Shown piece after piece: positions 17,222 to 26,278 of a DNA stretch of 35,656 nt (position 1 is its first letter; the number at the start of each line of letters is the position of its first letter). The notes under the pieces were generated by a model. It ran no database searches, was not told the origin of the DNA, and was given only the letters and a program-made list of their open reading frames with translations. The position numbers were made by a program, and so were the translations under genes. This DNA comes from Pseudomonadota bacterium (GTDB lineage: Bacteria > Pseudomonadota > Gammaproteobacteria > JAKAQQ01): positions 1 through 35,656 of the forward strand of contig DAHVLZ010000045.1 in the NCBI GenBank assembly GCA_027320085.1. Direction: 5' to 3'.

Positions 17222-18700
17222 ATGCGCAGGTTTTTGATCGTTGTCCTTGTTTCCGCACTTGCAGGGTGTGCGGGCAGCGGCGGGGGCTCGGGTGGTTCCG
17301 GCGGTGCTGGCAACCTTGTCATAACCTCGGTCATAGCCAGCCCCATGCGGGTCGCTCCCGGCGGGACGGTGCTGTTGACGGTCAAGGGATCCCATCTCTC
17401 CACCGGCCTGACCGGGCAACTCAGCGGGGGTGGCACCTGCCAAACCCCGTTGGGATCTGCATCACTGATCACTGTCAGCTGTGTTGCTCCCCTGACGGGC
17501 ACAAGTACGACGTTTACGCTCGTTAGTGGCGGTACGCCGATCCCAGGAGGCAGCTTGACCATCCAGATTGAGCGTTTCCCGACGGTCACCTCAATCAGCA
17601 CCACACCGGCAGCGCCCATACCAGCGGGTACCGCATTCGTTGCATCCGTCCTCGGTTCGAATCTTTCGACCAGCCTCACCGGAAGCTTATCCGGAGGCGG
17701 GTCGTGTCAGTCCCCTGGCGGCAACAGTTCGTCCCTGACATTTTCTTGCCATGCACCGACAAGCGGGAGTACCACCACGTTCACTCTGACAGATGGCAAT
17801 ACGGCTGTTTTAGGCATCTCGACACTCTCGATCCTCCTGAAAGGGGGGAATGTTCCCGTCCCTGTCCGGGGGGCCTACTTTGGTGCATTCGTGAATCCGC
17901 CCGGAACAACAAACCAAGAGACGGCTACGGAAACATTGGAAACATCGATAGGTCGTACCCTCGCCCTGCATATGCACTATTACCCGTGGGGAAATGGAAC
18001 CACCCCCAATTTCCCGGATGCGGCCATGCAAGAAGATTTGATCAAGGGCCGAGTGCCCGTGGTCAGCTGGAAGTGCGGTGATCTCGACTCGAATGTCGCG
18101 GATGGTGCAGATGACCCACTCATTATCAACACGGCAAAGGCGGTTAAAGCATTTGGCGGTCCTGTTTTTATCCGCTGGTTCTGGGAAATGAACATTCCCA
18201 ACTCAAATGGCCAGGGCAGTTGCCTGGGGACCGCCGGGGCGGCGGGTTATATCGCTGCGTGGCAGCATATTCACGACATTTTTGCCGCGCAGGGAGTCAC
18301 CAACGTGTCCTGGCTTTGGAATCCGGGAAACAATCTCGGTCATCCCGATCCGGCCCCCTATTATCCCGGATCAAACTACGTAGACTGGATTGGTTTTGAT
18401 GGCTACGACAAATACAACTACGACAATTTTGGGTCAGTGTTTAATGGTTTTTATGCTGAGTTCGCATCTTACGGAAAGCCCATGTTAGTTGCGGAAACAG
18501 GCGAGTGCCCATCAGAACAGGCTGTTTATCTTCAATCTGCACAAACTGAGATCGGAGGGGGCATGATTCCTCTGGTGAAAGGGTTCATGTACTTTGATGC
18601 GCCCGGCAATTACACCGCCTGCTCTTGGGTACTGGGCGCATCGGGCCTATCGGCATTTGCGGCCATGGGAGCCACGACGTTTTTCTCGCAAACTCCGTGA
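17222..18700 (+). CDS. Lipoprotein with two tandem Ig/IPT-like repeats and a C-terminal glycoside hydrolase family 26 domain
   Basis: AAGGGAGG RBS, lipobox LAG-C16 and a Gly/Ser linker. Two repeats of about 85 aa. GH26 motifs GAYFGAF, VPVVSW, FIRWFWEMN (acid/base Glu), YYPGSNYVDWIGFDGY and KPMLVAETG (nucleophile Glu). Confidence 0.82.
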   Translation: MRRFLIVVLVSALAGCAGSGGGSGGSGGAGNLVITSVIASPMRVAPGGTVLLTVKGSHLSTGLTGQLSGGGTCQTPLGSASLITVSCVAPLTGTSTTFTLVSGGTPIPGGSLTIQIERFPTVTSISTTPAAPIPAGTAFVASVLGSNLSTSLTGSLSGGGSCQSPGGNSSSLTFSCHAPTSGSTTTFTLTDGNTAVLGISTLSILLKGGNVPVPVRGAYFGAFVNPPGTTNQETATETLETSIGRTLALHMHYYPWGNGTTPNFPDAAMQEDLIKGRVPVVSWKCGDLDSNVADGADDPLIINTAKAVKAFGGPVFIRWFWEMNIPNSNGQGSCLGTAGAAGYIAAWQHIHDIFAAQGVTNVSWLWNPGNNLGHPDPAPYYPGSNYVDWIGFDGYDKYNYDNFGSVFNGFYAEFASYGKPMLVAETGECPSEQAVYLQSAQTEIGGGMIPLVKGFMYFDAPGNYTACSWVLGASGLSAFAAMGATTFFSQTP

Positions 18701-19139
18701 GCTAAGATTCGAGTGTGCGAGATCCCGCGACTTGGGGTCGAGAGTCGCTGCGAAGCGTTGCGTCAATCGGGCGGAGTGTGGCGCCGGCCAACTAAGGTGC
18801 AGGGACCTCCATACGTTCCACCCGCGTCAGAAAGGCGACAACCGGGCTTTCATGAGGGAGTTTTGTGCTCTGCCCGTCACCTCCTCGTCTGTCTTCCACA
18901 TGCGGCTGCGACAGGACATTTTCGGATAGCGAGATCTCCAAATGCCGGACCGCCCACCGGTGTACTGGAGATGGCCGCCCCCTTGTGGCATTCGGGCGCG
19001 GCGTCGTATGTATTAAAAGGCGAGACAATCACGGTTCACTGATTGGGTTCAAGGGTTTGGGAGGGGCGCCAGAGTCGGGACGGCTTGCGGGAAAGTGGAA
19101 ATCCGTGTCTGGAAAAGCGCGCAGGCACCCTGTCGTTTG

Positions 19140-19159
19140 GGGTTTGGACATCCAAACCC
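19140..19159. repeat. Perfect 9-bp inverted repeat GGGTTTGGA-CA-TCCAAACCC
   Basis: Read directly from the sequence, about 100 bp beyond the tRNA 3' end. Confidence 0.75.
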
Positions 19160-19258
19160 GCATGGTATGCCACGCCGTGACCACCATGGGATCAATGGCC
19201 CAATGGCCGCCGGAAAAGTCCGATTCTGGACCAGGCCTTATTGGCAAGTCATTGACTC

Positions 19259-19334
<76 letters not shown>

Positions 19335-19345
19335 ACTCCCGGCTC

Positions 19346-19374
19346 ATCATAAAGCAAAGACACAATCCTGGCCA
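19346..19374 (-). promoter_or_regulatory. Sigma70-like promoter of the tRNA
   Basis: Minus strand TGGCCA-17nt-TATGAT, ending 11 nt before the mature tRNA 5' end. Confidence 0.55.
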
Positions 19375-19433
19375 CTGGAGAGGAACCCCTGAGGTCGGTC
19401 CCGCTGGCCGACGCATGGGGCAAAACCTGTGCT

Positions 19434-20303
19434 TCAGCAGGCACTCGCACCCTCGCCAAAACCCTCCCCCGAGGGTCGGGCTGCGGCCTCGAGCGCCCGC
19501 CGGTAGCGTCGCAGGTCATGCACCGTGTCAAAATTTTCACCCAAGACGTTACCGAGCTTGCGGAGGATACTTTCTCCAACCCGGCTTTCCTGCCCTTCGT
19601 CAAAGTGGATCTGGTGATTGAGCCACCGTTCCATCCACTCAGGGTCAGGCAGGCGACTTTGCACCGTATCCTCGGGATAGTGCTCCTGACTGACATGCAG
19701 GTTGGTCGGATGCATTGCACGGCCCGTCTTGCGGCTCGTCATGAGCACCCCGATCCGGGCAAAGGCCAGCCGTGAGGAGTCCCCCTCCCGCTCGATTGCC
19801 CGTCTCATGTAGCGCATGTAACAGGACGCGTGACGCGCCTCATCCCCGGCCAGAAGCTCGTAGATGGCCTGGATGACCGGCTCGGTCTGCCACGCCGCGG
19901 CACAGCGGTACCAGGCCGTCAGCCGGATCTCACCGCAGAAATGCAGCATGAGCGTTTCGCAGGGGGGGGCCGGATCAAACCGGAAGCGGACAGCATGGAG
20001 TTCTTCCTCGCTGGGCACAAGATCCGGCCAGAAGCGGCGCAGGTACTCCATGAGCACCAGCGCGTGCTTTTGCTCTTCATAAAACCAGATGGACATGAAG
20101 GCGGAAAAATCGGAGTCACCCGCATTGTCGCGCAGGAACATCTCCGTGGCCGGCAGGGCCGACCACTCGGTGATGCCGTTCATCTTGATGGTCCGTGCCT
20201 GTTCTTCGGTGAGCCGGCCGGCATCGAAGCGATCCCAAGGTACGTCCCGTTCCAGGTTCCATCGGGCCTGTTCAAGCTGGCGGAAAAGCTCCGGATAAAG
20301 CAT
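19434..20303 (-). CDS. Ferritin-like diiron-carboxylate protein (acyl-ACP desaturase-like fold)
   Basis: MLYPELFRQLE..RW..DVPW at the N-terminus. Ligand pattern ITEWSALP / YEEQKH / CGEI / DEARH, i.e. E..ExxH..E..ExxH. Confidence 0.8.
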   Translation of the reverse strand: MLYPELFRQLEQARWNLERDVPWDRFDAGRLTEEQARTIKMNGITEWSALPATEMFLRDNAGDSDFSAFMSIWFYEEQKHALVLMEYLRRFWPDLVPSEEELHAVRFRFDPAPPCETLMLHFCGEIRLTAWYRCAAAWQTEPVIQAIYELLAGDEARHASCYMRYMRRAIEREGDSSRLAFARIGVLMTSRKTGRAMHPTNLHVSQEHYPEDTVQSRLPDPEWMERWLNHQIHFDEGQESRVGESILRKLGNVLGENFDTVHDLRRYRRALEAAARPSGEGFGEGASAC

Positions 20304-20409
20304 GTTTGTTTCCCGATCCGTGTTCAAAGACCCGGGGGACCCTGTCCCGCACGGATCTCATGTGGGTTACGCGCAAGGACCGTTTGTGGATGCACGGCCA
20401 GGCGGAAGC

Positions 20410-21153
20410 TCACCGGATGCGCTTGCCCATCAATGACAGATAGGCCCGGTTGGGCAAGATCCTGAGCAATTTCAGGCCCATGACCATCGGCCACGGGAAG
20501 GCGATCTCAAAACTCCGACGAGGCAGGGCACGGACGATCCGGCGCGCTGCCTCGTCCGCTTCCATGAGGAAGGGCATGGGAAAGCGGTTTTTTGCCGTGA
20601 GGGGAGTACGTACGAAACCCGGATTGATGACCCGGATGCGTACACCAGTCGGCTTGAGCTCCACGGCCAGGGTTTCGGCGAGACTGATGAGCGCGGCCTT
20701 GGTGGGACCGTAGGCACCAGCCTTGGGAAGTCCCCGGTACCCCGCAATCGAGGCCGTAATGAGTACCTGTCCCGAACCCGCCTGAACCATGGGCGGGAGG
20801 ACCGCAGCCAGGCACTCGACCACCCCCAGGTAGTTGACCCGGGTCACCTCTTCGTAGGCACCGGGATCGATGAGACCCCGGGAGAGTTCGTACTTGCCGG
20901 CATTGAGAAAACAGTAGTCGAGCTTGGACAGACGGGCAAAAACCGTGGCGGCGGCGGCCTCGACGGAGGCACGGTCGCGAACGTCGATGGGAACCGGGAA
21001 AATCGCACCGGGCACCGGAGATTCCCGGGCCAGGGTCTCCAGCCTCTCCACACTCCGGGCACTTGCCGCGACCGTATGGCCCGCGCGGACCAGATTGAGG
21101 GCAAGGGCTGATCCGATCCCGCTGCTCGCGCCGACAATCCACGTATGAGGCAT
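20410..21153 (-). CDS. Short-chain dehydrogenase/reductase (SDR)
   Basis: WIVGASSGIG, LNAG, VNYLG, ASIAG, catalytic YGPTK and PGFVRTPLT..N.FPMPF. Confidence 0.92.
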   Translation of the reverse strand: MPHTWIVGASSGIGSALALNLVRAGHTVAASARSVERLETLARESPVPGAIFPVPIDVRDRASVEAAAATVFARLSKLDYCFLNAGKYELSRGLIDPGAYEEVTRVNYLGVVECLAAVLPPMVQAGSGQVLITASIAGYRGLPKAGAYGPTKAALISLAETLAVELKPTGVRIRVINPGFVRTPLTAKNRFPMPFLMEADEAARRIVRALPRRSFEIAFPWPMVMGLKLLRILPNRAYLSLMGKRIR

Positions 21154-21279
21154 GGGTGGCCGATCCCTATGAGGAACGGCTATTTTACCCGCGGACCGGA
21201 CCTTCAGGTAAGCCAGACCGGCCCTCAAGGGTCATCTTCCGAACCCCGCATGTCGATTTAGTGCGGTTCACCCTGGAGC

Positions 21280-21999
21280 CTACGCACCCACTCCCAAGGA
21301 ACCCGGATCCGGCTCGGCCAGCCGGTAACCCACCCCGGATTCGGTGAGAAGATAACGTGGGGCCCCCGGGTCGACCTCGATCTTTTTCCGGAGCTGGGCC
21401 ATGTAGATCCGGACGTAATGATTGGCCCGTGCATGGTGGGGACCCCAAACTGCGGTCAGGAGCTGGCGATGGGTCATGACCTTACCCCGTTCCCGGATCA
21501 GCACGCAGAGGAGCCGGTATTCGATCGGGGTCAGATGAACTTCAGCACCCCGGACCCAGATTCGCCGGTGTTCGAGGTCCACCTGCCATTCCGGCGTCGC
21601 AAAGGCGGTTTCCTGTCCCGCGGGATCCCGATGAAGACGTCGCATGACGGAACGAATGCGCGCCATGAGCTCGGCCACGCTGAAGGGCTTGGTCAGATAG
21701 TCGTCCGCGCCCGCATCCAGGGCCTGGATCTTGACCGATTCCCAGGTTTTGGCCGTGAGAACGATCACGGGGACCTGACTCCAGGTCCGCAACTGCGCGA
21801 GGACCTCGAGGCCGTCCAGGACCGGCAGGTTGAGATCCAGGATGACGAGATCCGGGCGCCAGTTGGCGGCGCGGACCAGGCCCTGGTTCCCGTCCGCGGC
21901 CGTCTCGACCTGCCACTGCTCCAGGGTCAGGCTGATCCGGACCAGGCGGGCGATTTCCGGTTCGTCCTCAATGACGAGGCATCGGGGGTGATTCGTCAT
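21280..21999 (-). CDS. kdpE: KdpE-like OmpR-family response regulator
   Basis: IEDEPEI, LDLNLP (phospho-Asp), ALDAGADDYLTKPF, VHLTPIEY, HYVRIYMAQLRKKIE and LLTESGVGYRL. It overlaps the kdpD end by 32 nt. Confidence 0.9.
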   Translation of the reverse strand: MTNHPRCLVIEDEPEIARLVRISLTLEQWQVETAADGNQGLVRAANWRPDLVILDLNLPVLDGLEVLAQLRTWSQVPVIVLTAKTWESVKIQALDAGADDYLTKPFSVAELMARIRSVMRRLHRDPAGQETAFATPEWQVDLEHRRIWVRGAEVHLTPIEYRLLCVLIRERGKVMTHRQLLTAVWGPHHARANHYVRIYMAQLRKKIEVDPGAPRYLLTESGVGYRLAEPDPGSLGVGA

Positions 22000-24718
22000 G
22001 GGTCTCAATCTCCACCGGGGGCAAGGGATACGAATCCGGGGTGGGCAGCTCGATCTCGAACTGGGCCCCCCCATCGGATGCGGTCGTGGCGGTGATGCGA
22101 CCGCCATGGGCCTGCACGATGGCCTGCACGATAGCGAGACCGAGCCCCACCCCACCACTCGCCTGCTGGGAATCCCCCTGCACGAAGGTGGAAAAAATCC
22201 GGTTGCCGAGCGCGGCCGGGAGACCGGGGCCTTGATCCCGGACCTCGATCCGGACCTGCGTGGGTTCGCGGACGGCGTGGATCCGGACCGGTGTCCCGGC
22301 CGGGGTGTGACGGGCGACATTTTCGAGCAGGTTGACAAAGACCTGTTCGAAGAGACTTCCATCGACCGAAACCCAGAGCATGGTTTTCGGCAGCTCCACG
22401 TTCACGGGATGGTCCCGCAGCCGTTCCTTGAGATGCGACAGGGTCCCCCCGATGATTTCCTCGAGGGGAAACCACTGCCGGTTGAGCTCGACGGCGCCCG
22501 CCTGCCAGCGGGCCATCTCGAGGATGTTGTGCGCCTGTTCCGACATGCGCTGGGCCTGGTCCCGGATGTCGAGGGCGAGCCGGGTCCGGGTCTCGAAATC
22601 CAGGGTGGGGGCGGATCCTGACAGGATTTCCGCAGCGCCGATGATCGAGGCCAGGGGGGTTCGGATATCGTGGGAGACGCTGCTCAAAAGCGAGTTCCGG
22701 ATCTTCTCCGTCTTGACCTCGAAGCGCGAAAGCTCGGTCTCGTGGATCAGCTGGAAGCGTTCGAGGGCCAGGGCCACCTGGCCGGCACAGGTCCGGAGCA
22801 GGCGTCGTTGCTCCGGAGAGTAGGCCACGCCCGAAGGATCCGGTTCCACGGCCAGAACCCCGATGATGCGTGAGCTGCCGAGCGGCAGGTACAGCACGGA
22901 GGAGCCGGGCAGCGTGTCGGTCCCGAAACCTGCCTCTTCGCGGTGCCGGTACACCCACTGGGCCAGGGCGGGATCGGGATGCCGGATGGACCGTTCGGGC
23001 GGCAGCGGAGGCTGGCTCAGGGCCCGATTGGTCTCCGCGCCGGCAATGAAAAAGGCGACGCGACTGCCGGTTTCCTGCCCCAGATGGTGCGCTGCGAGTT
23101 CCAGAACCTCCTGTTCGCTGCGCGCGGCGGCGAGCGACTGGCTCAGGGCATAGTGGGAGGCCATGCGTCGTTCTCGCTCAACCGAATGACTGGCCTGTTC
23201 CCGGGCATCGATGGTGAGCTGACTGATCACGAGTCCCACAACCAGCATGACGCCAAAAGTGATCATGTACTGGACATCGCTCACCTGAAAACTCAAAACT
23301 GGCGGAACGAAAAAGAAATCAAAGGCCAGAACGCCCAGGACCGAGGCCAGGATCGATGGGCCCCGCCCGAAAAAAAGCGCCGTCGCGAGAACGGCAAGCA
23401 GATAAATCATGACGAGGTTGGACAGGTTGACCTGTCCGTAGAGCACCCAGGCCAGGAGCGTGGAGGCGAAGACCAGGAGAAAGGCTCCGAGGTAGGGTCG
23501 GGAGAGGGGTTCCGGTCGCCGGGCGTGGTGGCGGGGAGATTCGCGAAGCGTGGACGACTCGCCCCCTCCGGAGGGGATTTCCGCATTGACCACATGGATG
23601 CCGATGTTCCCGCTGCCCTGGACGATGGCATCCACGACCGATCCGAACACCCAGCGGCGCCAGCCCTGGCGCCGGGGCTTGCCCAGAACAATCTGGGTCA
23701 CGTTGCGAACCTGGGCGTAGGTCAGCACCTCCGCGCTGAAATGCCGACCGCCCGGAATCGTGATGACCTCGGCACCGAGGCTTTGGGCCAGGCGGAACAG
23801 GTTCGCCAACGACTGGCGATAACGGGTGGGCTCTTCCGATGGGGAGCCTTCCGGTTGGATGTGGACGACGATCCATTCAGCATGCAAGCCATCCGCCATG
23901 CGCTTGCCGACCCGGACAAGCCGTTCGCCGAGTTCGCCCGGCGGCAGGCAGACCAGGATCCTTTCCCGGGCCGGCCAGATCTGGTCGATGGCATGATGTT
24001 CGCGGTACTCGCGCATCTCCACGTCGATGCGATCCGCCGCATAACGCAGGGCCACCTCGCGGAGCGCGATGAGGTTCCCCTTGCGGAAAAAATGCTCGCG
24101 GGCGGACTCGATCTGACCGGCCAGGTAGATCTTCCCCTCCTCGAGGCGCTTGAGCAGCTCGTCGGGCGGCAGGTCGATGACCTCGATTTCATCGGCTTTC
24201 TCGAAAATCGAGTCCGGGACCGTCTCGCGGACCCGGATCCCCGTGATCTGCCGGATGATGTCGTTCAGGCTCTCCACATGCTGGACATTGACGGTCGTAA
24301 AGACATTGATGCCGGCATTCAGCAACTCGACCACATCCTGCCACCGCTTCGGATGCCGTGAGCCCGGCGCATTGTGATGCGCGAGTTCGTCGACCAGAAG
24401 AAGATCCGGGGCCTGGGCAAGGGCGGCATCCAGGTCAAACTCGAGAAGATTGACCTGCTGCTGACGGCGCGGGCTCAGCGGCAGTTTCGGCAAGCCCTGC
24501 AAGAGAGTCTCTGTCTCCTCCCGCCCGTGTGTCTCGACGATGCCCACGACCACATGTCGTCCCGACTTTTGGACCCCATGGGCGGCCTGGAGCATCGCAT
24601 AGGTTTTCCCGACACCGGCCGAGGCACCCAGAAAGATCTTGAGCCGGCCCCTCCCCTGGCGGGACTCGTCTTCCGTGACCCGCTTGAGGATGAGATCCGG
24701 GTTGGGCCTCTCGTTCAT
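21968..24718 (-). CDS. kdpD: Sensor histidine kinase KdpD
   Basis: RPNPD..GRLKIFLGASAGVGKTYAML, VDELAH, KRWQDV and NVQHVESLND, followed by a USP-like domain, 4 TMs, a GAF region, the H-box SHDIRTPL and a HATPase domain (NLLEN, DQGPG, GVGLGL). Confidence 0.95.
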   Translation of the reverse strand: MNERPNPDLILKRVTEDESRQGRGRLKIFLGASAGVGKTYAMLQAAHGVQKSGRHVVVGIVETHGREETETLLQGLPKLPLSPRRQQQVNLLEFDLDAALAQAPDLLLVDELAHHNAPGSRHPKRWQDVVELLNAGINVFTTVNVQHVESLNDIIRQITGIRVRETVPDSIFEKADEIEVIDLPPDELLKRLEEGKIYLAGQIESAREHFFRKGNLIALREVALRYAADRIDVEMREYREHHAIDQIWPARERILVCLPPGELGERLVRVGKRMADGLHAEWIVVHIQPEGSPSEEPTRYRQSLANLFRLAQSLGAEVITIPGGRHFSAEVLTYAQVRNVTQIVLGKPRRQGWRRWVFGSVVDAIVQGSGNIGIHVVNAEIPSGGGESSTLRESPRHHARRPEPLSRPYLGAFLLVFASTLLAWVLYGQVNLSNLVMIYLLAVLATALFFGRGPSILASVLGVLAFDFFFVPPVLSFQVSDVQYMITFGVMLVVGLVISQLTIDAREQASHSVERERRMASHYALSQSLAAARSEQEVLELAAHHLGQETGSRVAFFIAGAETNRALSQPPLPPERSIRHPDPALAQWVYRHREEAGFGTDTLPGSSVLYLPLGSSRIIGVLAVEPDPSGVAYSPEQRRLLRTCAGQVALALERFQLIHETELSRFEVKTEKIRNSLLSSVSHDIRTPLASIIGAAEILSGSAPTLDFETRTRLALDIRDQAQRMSEQAHNILEMARWQAGAVELNRQWFPLEEIIGGTLSHLKERLRDHPVNVELPKTMLWVSVDGSLFEQVFVNLLENVARHTPAGTPVRIHAVREPTQVRIEVRDQGPGLPAALGNRIFSTFVQGDSQQASGGVGLGLAIVQAIVQAHGGRITATTASDGGAQFEIELPTPDSYPLPPVEIETHDESPPMPRH

Positions 24719-24957
24719 GAACGGTCCCCGTGGACCGGCTGCTGCCGGTTTGGCATCGGTGGCTCCCCCCTTCAAGGCGCCTCCCGTGCTGTGGAGCCCT
24801 GCCCACGGCAGCGGGTGCAAACTTCTATTGTCCCTCAAAGTGGGTCCCCGCTGCCTCCCCCGGCGAAAGGGACCTCCTCCCGGCTCGTGTGAGCGGTCGG
24901 AGGCGCCGGGGATTCCGGGTTTTCAGGGATCCCCGCGAGAGGCGAGCACGACTAGGC

Positions 24958-24963
24958 TATAAT
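24958..24963 (+). promoter_or_regulatory. Consensus -10 box (TATAAT) upstream of the ABC operon
   Basis: Perfect TATAAT 44 nt before the TTG start in GC-rich DNA. No clear -35 box. Confidence 0.4.
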
Positions 24964-25007
24964 TCCGCCCGAATCCGAACGGACCCTCTCCAGCCTACCG
25001 GTGCCCC

Positions 25008-26267
25008 TTGGACAAAGAAGAGGCTTTGGCATCCCTCAGTTACAAAAGCCCGGGAGCTGATCCGGATCACGCCCCCGTGGCCCGCCGCAGATGGCGATTT
25101 TTTCTCCTCCTCACCGGCATTGTGGTTCCCCTGGGATTCCTCGCCCTCGTTTTTTTCCGGTGGATTGAACCCACCGCCCGCTCGCCCCTCCCTTCAGTCC
25201 GGATCCTCCGGATGAATTCCCGACCGACTCCGGGCGCGGTCCTGCTCAGTGCGGCGGGCTACGTCGTGGCCCGGCGGGAGACCACCGTCTCCTCCCGCAT
25301 CACGGGCATGATCCGTGCTGTCTATGTCCAGGAGGGCATGACGGTCCGGCATCACCAGGTGCTGGCACGGCTCGAATCGCATACGGCACGGGCCCAGGTG
25401 GCCGTCTCCCGGCGTCAGCTGGCCGCCGACCGTGCCCAGTTACTCTCGGCCGAGGCCCAGCTCCGGCTTGATCGCAAGAACCTGGCCCGGATCCGCGCCA
25501 TCTTCGACGAGGGGCTCGAAAGCCATGCGGCACTCGACAGCGCGGAGGCCGGCGTGGCCATCGATCAGGCCACCCTCCGAGAGGATCGGGCCAATGCACA
25601 GGCCATGGCGGCCAATCTGCGTCTGTCGCGACTCGTCCTCCGTCATACCGTGATCCGGGCCCCGTTTTCCGGGGTCGTGACGGCCAAGTATGCCCATCGC
25701 GGGGAGATGATCTCGCCGGCTGCGGTCGGCGGGTTCACACAGACCGGGATCTGCCGGCTGGTCGACATGCACTCCCTGGAAATGGACGTGGACGTGAATG
25801 AGTCCTTCATCAACCGGGTGAAAGCCGGCGAGCCCGCCCAAGTCGGACTCAGTGCGTATCCCAACTGGAAAATTCCAGCCCGGGTGATCAGCATCGTACC
25901 CACGGCCAACAAGGACAAGGGAACCGTGAAGGTGCGGGTGGCCTTCGACCGGCTGGACCCGAGAATCCTGCCGGAGATGTCCGGAGAGGTCTATTTCCTT
26001 TCCAGGCCCGTTCGACGCCGGGGACTCAAAGCCGTGGCCGCCACTCTCCCGGTCGATGCCGTCTCCGGACTCCCTTCCCATCCCACCGCCTTCCGGATGG
26101 TGGGCGGACGCGTCTTCCGGACACCCATCCGCGTCTTGGGCCACCCGAGTCCGGGCTGGCTCAAGGTCACGGGATTCCCCCCCGGGGCGCGTCTCGTAAT
26201 CCAAGGCCCGGAATCCTTGCACAATGGCGAACGTGTTCGCGTGCGCCACCCCCAAAGGAGCCCCTGA
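25008..26267 (+). CDS. Periplasmic adaptor (membrane fusion protein), MacA-like
   Basis: Single N-terminal TM, AAGYVVARR..VSSRITG, a coiled-coil hairpin, IRAPFSGVV and VDVNESFI. Confidence 0.88.
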   Translation: MDKEEALASLSYKSPGADPDHAPVARRRWRFFLLLTGIVVPLGFLALVFFRWIEPTARSPLPSVRILRMNSRPTPGAVLLSAAGYVVARRETTVSSRITGMIRAVYVQEGMTVRHHQVLARLESHTARAQVAVSRRQLAADRAQLLSAEAQLRLDRKNLARIRAIFDEGLESHAALDSAEAGVAIDQATLREDRANAQAMAANLRLSRLVLRHTVIRAPFSGVVTAKYAHRGEMISPAAVGGFTQTGICRLVDMHSLEMDVDVNESFINRVKAGEPAQVGLSAYPNWKIPARVISIVPTANKDKGTVKVRVAFDRLDPRILPEMSGEVYFLSRPVRRRGLKAVAATLPVDAVSGLPSHPTAFRMVGGRVFRTPIRVLGHPSPGWLKVTGFPPGARLVIQGPESLHNGERVRVRHPQRSP

Positions 26268-26278
26268 GGACACCTGTC

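Noticed and set aside
18700-19258. Short ORFs or an integrase pseudogene beside the tRNA
   Set aside because: I recognised no tyrosine/serine recombinase or transposase motifs in the frames I read, and the ORFs lack convincing RBSs or protein-like composition.
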